This document shows, in pieces, positions 17,660 through 19,770 of a DNA stretch of 19,770 nt. This DNA comes from a bacterium (GTDB lineage: Bacteria > DUMJ01): NCBI GenBank assembly GCA_049970495.1, contig JBMFMV010000034.1:1-19770 (forward strand). Reading direction: 5' to 3'. A program made the translations under genes and the position numbers. Each line of letters begins with the position of its first letter. Position 1 is the stretch's first letter. The notes beneath the pieces are model-generated. The model searched no databases. It was not told the origin of the DNA and saw only the letters and a program-made list of their open reading frames with translations.

Positions 17660-17762
17660 GGACATGTAATCCAATACTAAGTTTTTTAGCTAGGATTTTA
17701 ATATCTATGATAAAGAGGTAAGGGTTAAGATTTTTGAATTGAGACTATAGGAGGAAATACTA

Positions 17763-18488
17763 ATGGGAGCGGTTCTTAAGGTAAGAAACTTATGTAAGTC
17801 TTATGGTAAGATTAATGCATTAAAAGGGATTGACTTTGAAGTTAGAAAGGGCGAGATTTTTGCTCTAATTGGTCCTAACGGGGCTGGCAAAACCACTACT
17901 TTAAGGATTGTTGCTACTCTTCTTTCTCCTGATAAAGGGACAGTAGAACTTATGGGGTATGATGTCAGGAAAGAGCCAGATAAGATAAGAGAGAGGATAA
18001 GTTATCTACCCGAAGAGGCAGGGGCTTATAAAAATTTAACTGGTATAGACTACTTAAGATTTATGGCTAGTTTCTATGCAAGAGATGACAAGGAGGTGGA
18101 AGAATTCATCAAAAGAGGAGAAGAAATAGCTGATCTAGGGGAGAGGTTAAAAGATAAAGTAGGAACTTATAGTAAAGGTATGGTAAGGAAGTTATTATTG
18201 GCAAGGGCATTAATGATTAAGCCTAAACTGGCTATACTAGATGAGCCTACATCCGGTTTGGATGTAATAAACTCCTTAGAAGTCAGAGAGATTATAAAGA
18301 GGTTTGCAAAAGAGGGGGTTTCTGTTCTGCTCTCTTCACATAATATGCTAGAGATAGAATTCCTCTCTGATAGGGTTTCCATTATAGATAGCGGAAGAAT
18401 TCTAGAGACTGGAACCCCTCAAGAGTTAAAGGATAAATATTCCTCAAGGAATCTAGAGGAGGTATTCAGGAGGATAGTGGTAGAATGA
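17763..18488 (+). CDS. ABC-2 type exporter ATP-binding protein (NatA/CcmA-like)
   Basis: SD AGGAGG, Walker A GPNGAGKTT, signature YSKGM, Walker B ILDEPTSGLD, SSH. Confidence 0.92.
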   Translation: MGAVLKVRNLCKSYGKINALKGIDFEVRKGEIFALIGPNGAGKTTTLRIVATLLSPDKGTVELMGYDVRKEPDKIRERISYLPEEAGAYKNLTGIDYLRFMASFYARDDKEVEEFIKRGEEIADLGERLKDKVGTYSKGMVRKLLLARALMIKPKLAILDEPTSGLDVINSLEVREIIKRFAKEGVSVLLSSHNMLEIEFLSDRVSIIDSGRILETGTPQELKDKYSSRNLEEVFRRIVVE

Positions 18489-19765
18489 AAAAACTAATAA
18501 ATCTCTTAAAAAAGGAAATAAAGGAATTAATCACTATTCAGCTTATAGCGTCTCTAGTTTTCACTATTGTCCTTTTCTATTTTATAGGCAATATAGCTAG
18601 GTCAGAGATGGGTAAGGTGCAAGGGGCTAAAGACATATACATCCTTAATCTTGATAACTCAGAACTCTCTAGGGAGATATTAAGGGATCTTGTCTTTGCT
18701 AATTTTAGGATAAATCTATTGGATACTAAAGACAAAACAATTGCGATTGATAATGCTAGAAAGAATAATATACCTCTATTATTAATCATTCCAGAAGGCT
18801 TTGCAGATTCAATATCCAAATTTCAACCAAAGGAGATAGAGACCTATGTCTTTATCCGAAGTTTTTCTATGGGCTCCTCTATAAACTCAGAATTAATAAA
18901 TCAGATAATAGCCTCTATAAATAATTACATCTCGGATAATATTCTGAAAACTAAAGTACCTAATATCAGTCCTAGCATATTGAAGAATCCTATAAAGAAT
19001 AGAGGCTTTATAGTGGTTAAAGATAGGATAGCTGAAGGTTCCATATCAGACGTAAATAACTTTGTAAGCTCTCAATCTATCTTTATCCCAATTATACTTA
19101 TGATGGTGTTAGCTTTTTCTTCTCAGATGGTGCTTTCTGCTATAGCAATGGAGAAACAGGATAAAACGCTAGAGACACTTCTTACTGTTCCTATAAGTAG
19201 GAATTATATAGTTATGGCTAAGATGGTTGCATCTGGTATAGTAGGATTAGTCTCTGCCGGGATATATATGATTGGTTTTAGATTCTACATGGGCAGTTTT
19301 ATGGGGAATATCCCTAGTAGTGCACGGATAAATGAGGTCGTACAAAAGTTAAATTTAAGGTTTACTCTTAATAGTTATATACTATTAGGAATTTCACTCT
19401 TCTTGGCTATACTATGCGCATTAGCTCTAGCTACTATACTAGGGGTCTTAGCTGAAGATTTAAAAAGTGCACAGAGCGCCTCATTCCCACTTATGTTTTT
19501 AGTACTTATACCATACTTTCTTACAATAATCTCAGATATAAATTCCCTTAGTCCTTTTCTAAAGACTTTAGTATTGGCTATACCTTTTACCCATCCATTC
19601 TTAGCCTCCCAGAATCTTATGCTTGGGAATTACTCTATAGTCCTATACGGTGTCCTCTATATGTTGGTAGTATTCATAGTGTTAGTATTTATTGCTGGAA
19701 GAATCTTTTCAACGGATAGAGTATTAACTATGAAACTAAGATTTGGGAAAAGGCTTAGAGGTTAA
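18485..19765 (+). CDS. ABC-2 type exporter permease (NatB-like)
   Basis: ATGA overlap with the ATPase gene. LLKKEIKEL, an N-terminal TM, an extracellular domain, IAMEKQDKTLETLLTVPISR..IVMAK, AEDLKSAQ, IPFTHP and further TM helices. Confidence 0.88.
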   Translation: MKKLINLLKKEIKELITIQLIASLVFTIVLFYFIGNIARSEMGKVQGAKDIYILNLDNSELSREILRDLVFANFRINLLDTKDKTIAIDNARKNNIPLLLIIPEGFADSISKFQPKEIETYVFIRSFSMGSSINSELINQIIASINNYISDNILKTKVPNISPSILKNPIKNRGFIVVKDRIAEGSISDVNNFVSSQSIFIPIILMMVLAFSSQMVLSAIAMEKQDKTLETLLTVPISRNYIVMAKMVASGIVGLVSAGIYMIGFRFYMGSFMGNIPSSARINEVVQKLNLRFTLNSYILLGISLFLAILCALALATILGVLAEDLKSAQSASFPLMFLVLIPYFLTIISDINSLSPFLKTLVLAIPFTHPFLASQNLMLGNYSIVLYGVLYMLVVFIVLVFIAGRIFSTDRVLTMKLRFGKRLRG

Positions 19766-19770
19766 TGGAC

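Noticed and set aside
943..18819. Short ORFs (60-92 aa) in the ORF track that overlap long genes, e.g. 943..1197, 1947..2225, 5188..5385, 7960..8181, 12988..13236, 18577..18819
   Set aside because: They are antisense or alternate-frame shadows of well-supported CDSs and have no recognisable motifs.
1..19770. CRISPR arrays, tRNA/rRNA genes, transposases, integrases, phage or defence genes
   Set aside because: No regularly spaced repeats, cloverleaf or rRNA-like sequence, or such protein motifs were seen. All intergenic gaps are under about 230 bp.

Overview
AT-rich bacterial chromosomal segment. The gene style suggests an anaerobic, probably thermophilic, sugar/peptide-fermenting lineage; this is inference only. 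In order, it holds: (1) a FIST(NosP-like)-GAF-like-GGDEF diguanylate cyclase that appears to be leaderless; (2) a + strand Opp/Dpp-family ABC importer (binding protein plus two permeases, no ATPases) whose binding-protein gene is split by a single in-frame TAG; (3) a convergent, complete - strand Opp/Dpp-family operon (SBP, two permeases, two ATPases) whose binding protein appears circularly permuted; (4) an aldo/keto reductase; (5) a membrane-bound GGDEF protein; (6) a URO-D/MtaA-superfamily protein; (7) an IolE/xylose-isomerase-like TIM barrel protein; (8) an ABC-2 (NatAB-like) exporter pair. No rRNA, tRNA, CRISPR array, transposase or phage gene is visible. The window is mostly ordinary transport, signalling and metabolism genes, and I cannot support a wholly new system. 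The best leads are the amber-interrupted SBP, the permuted SBP, the ATPase-less importer abutting a complete one, and several regulatory motifs.
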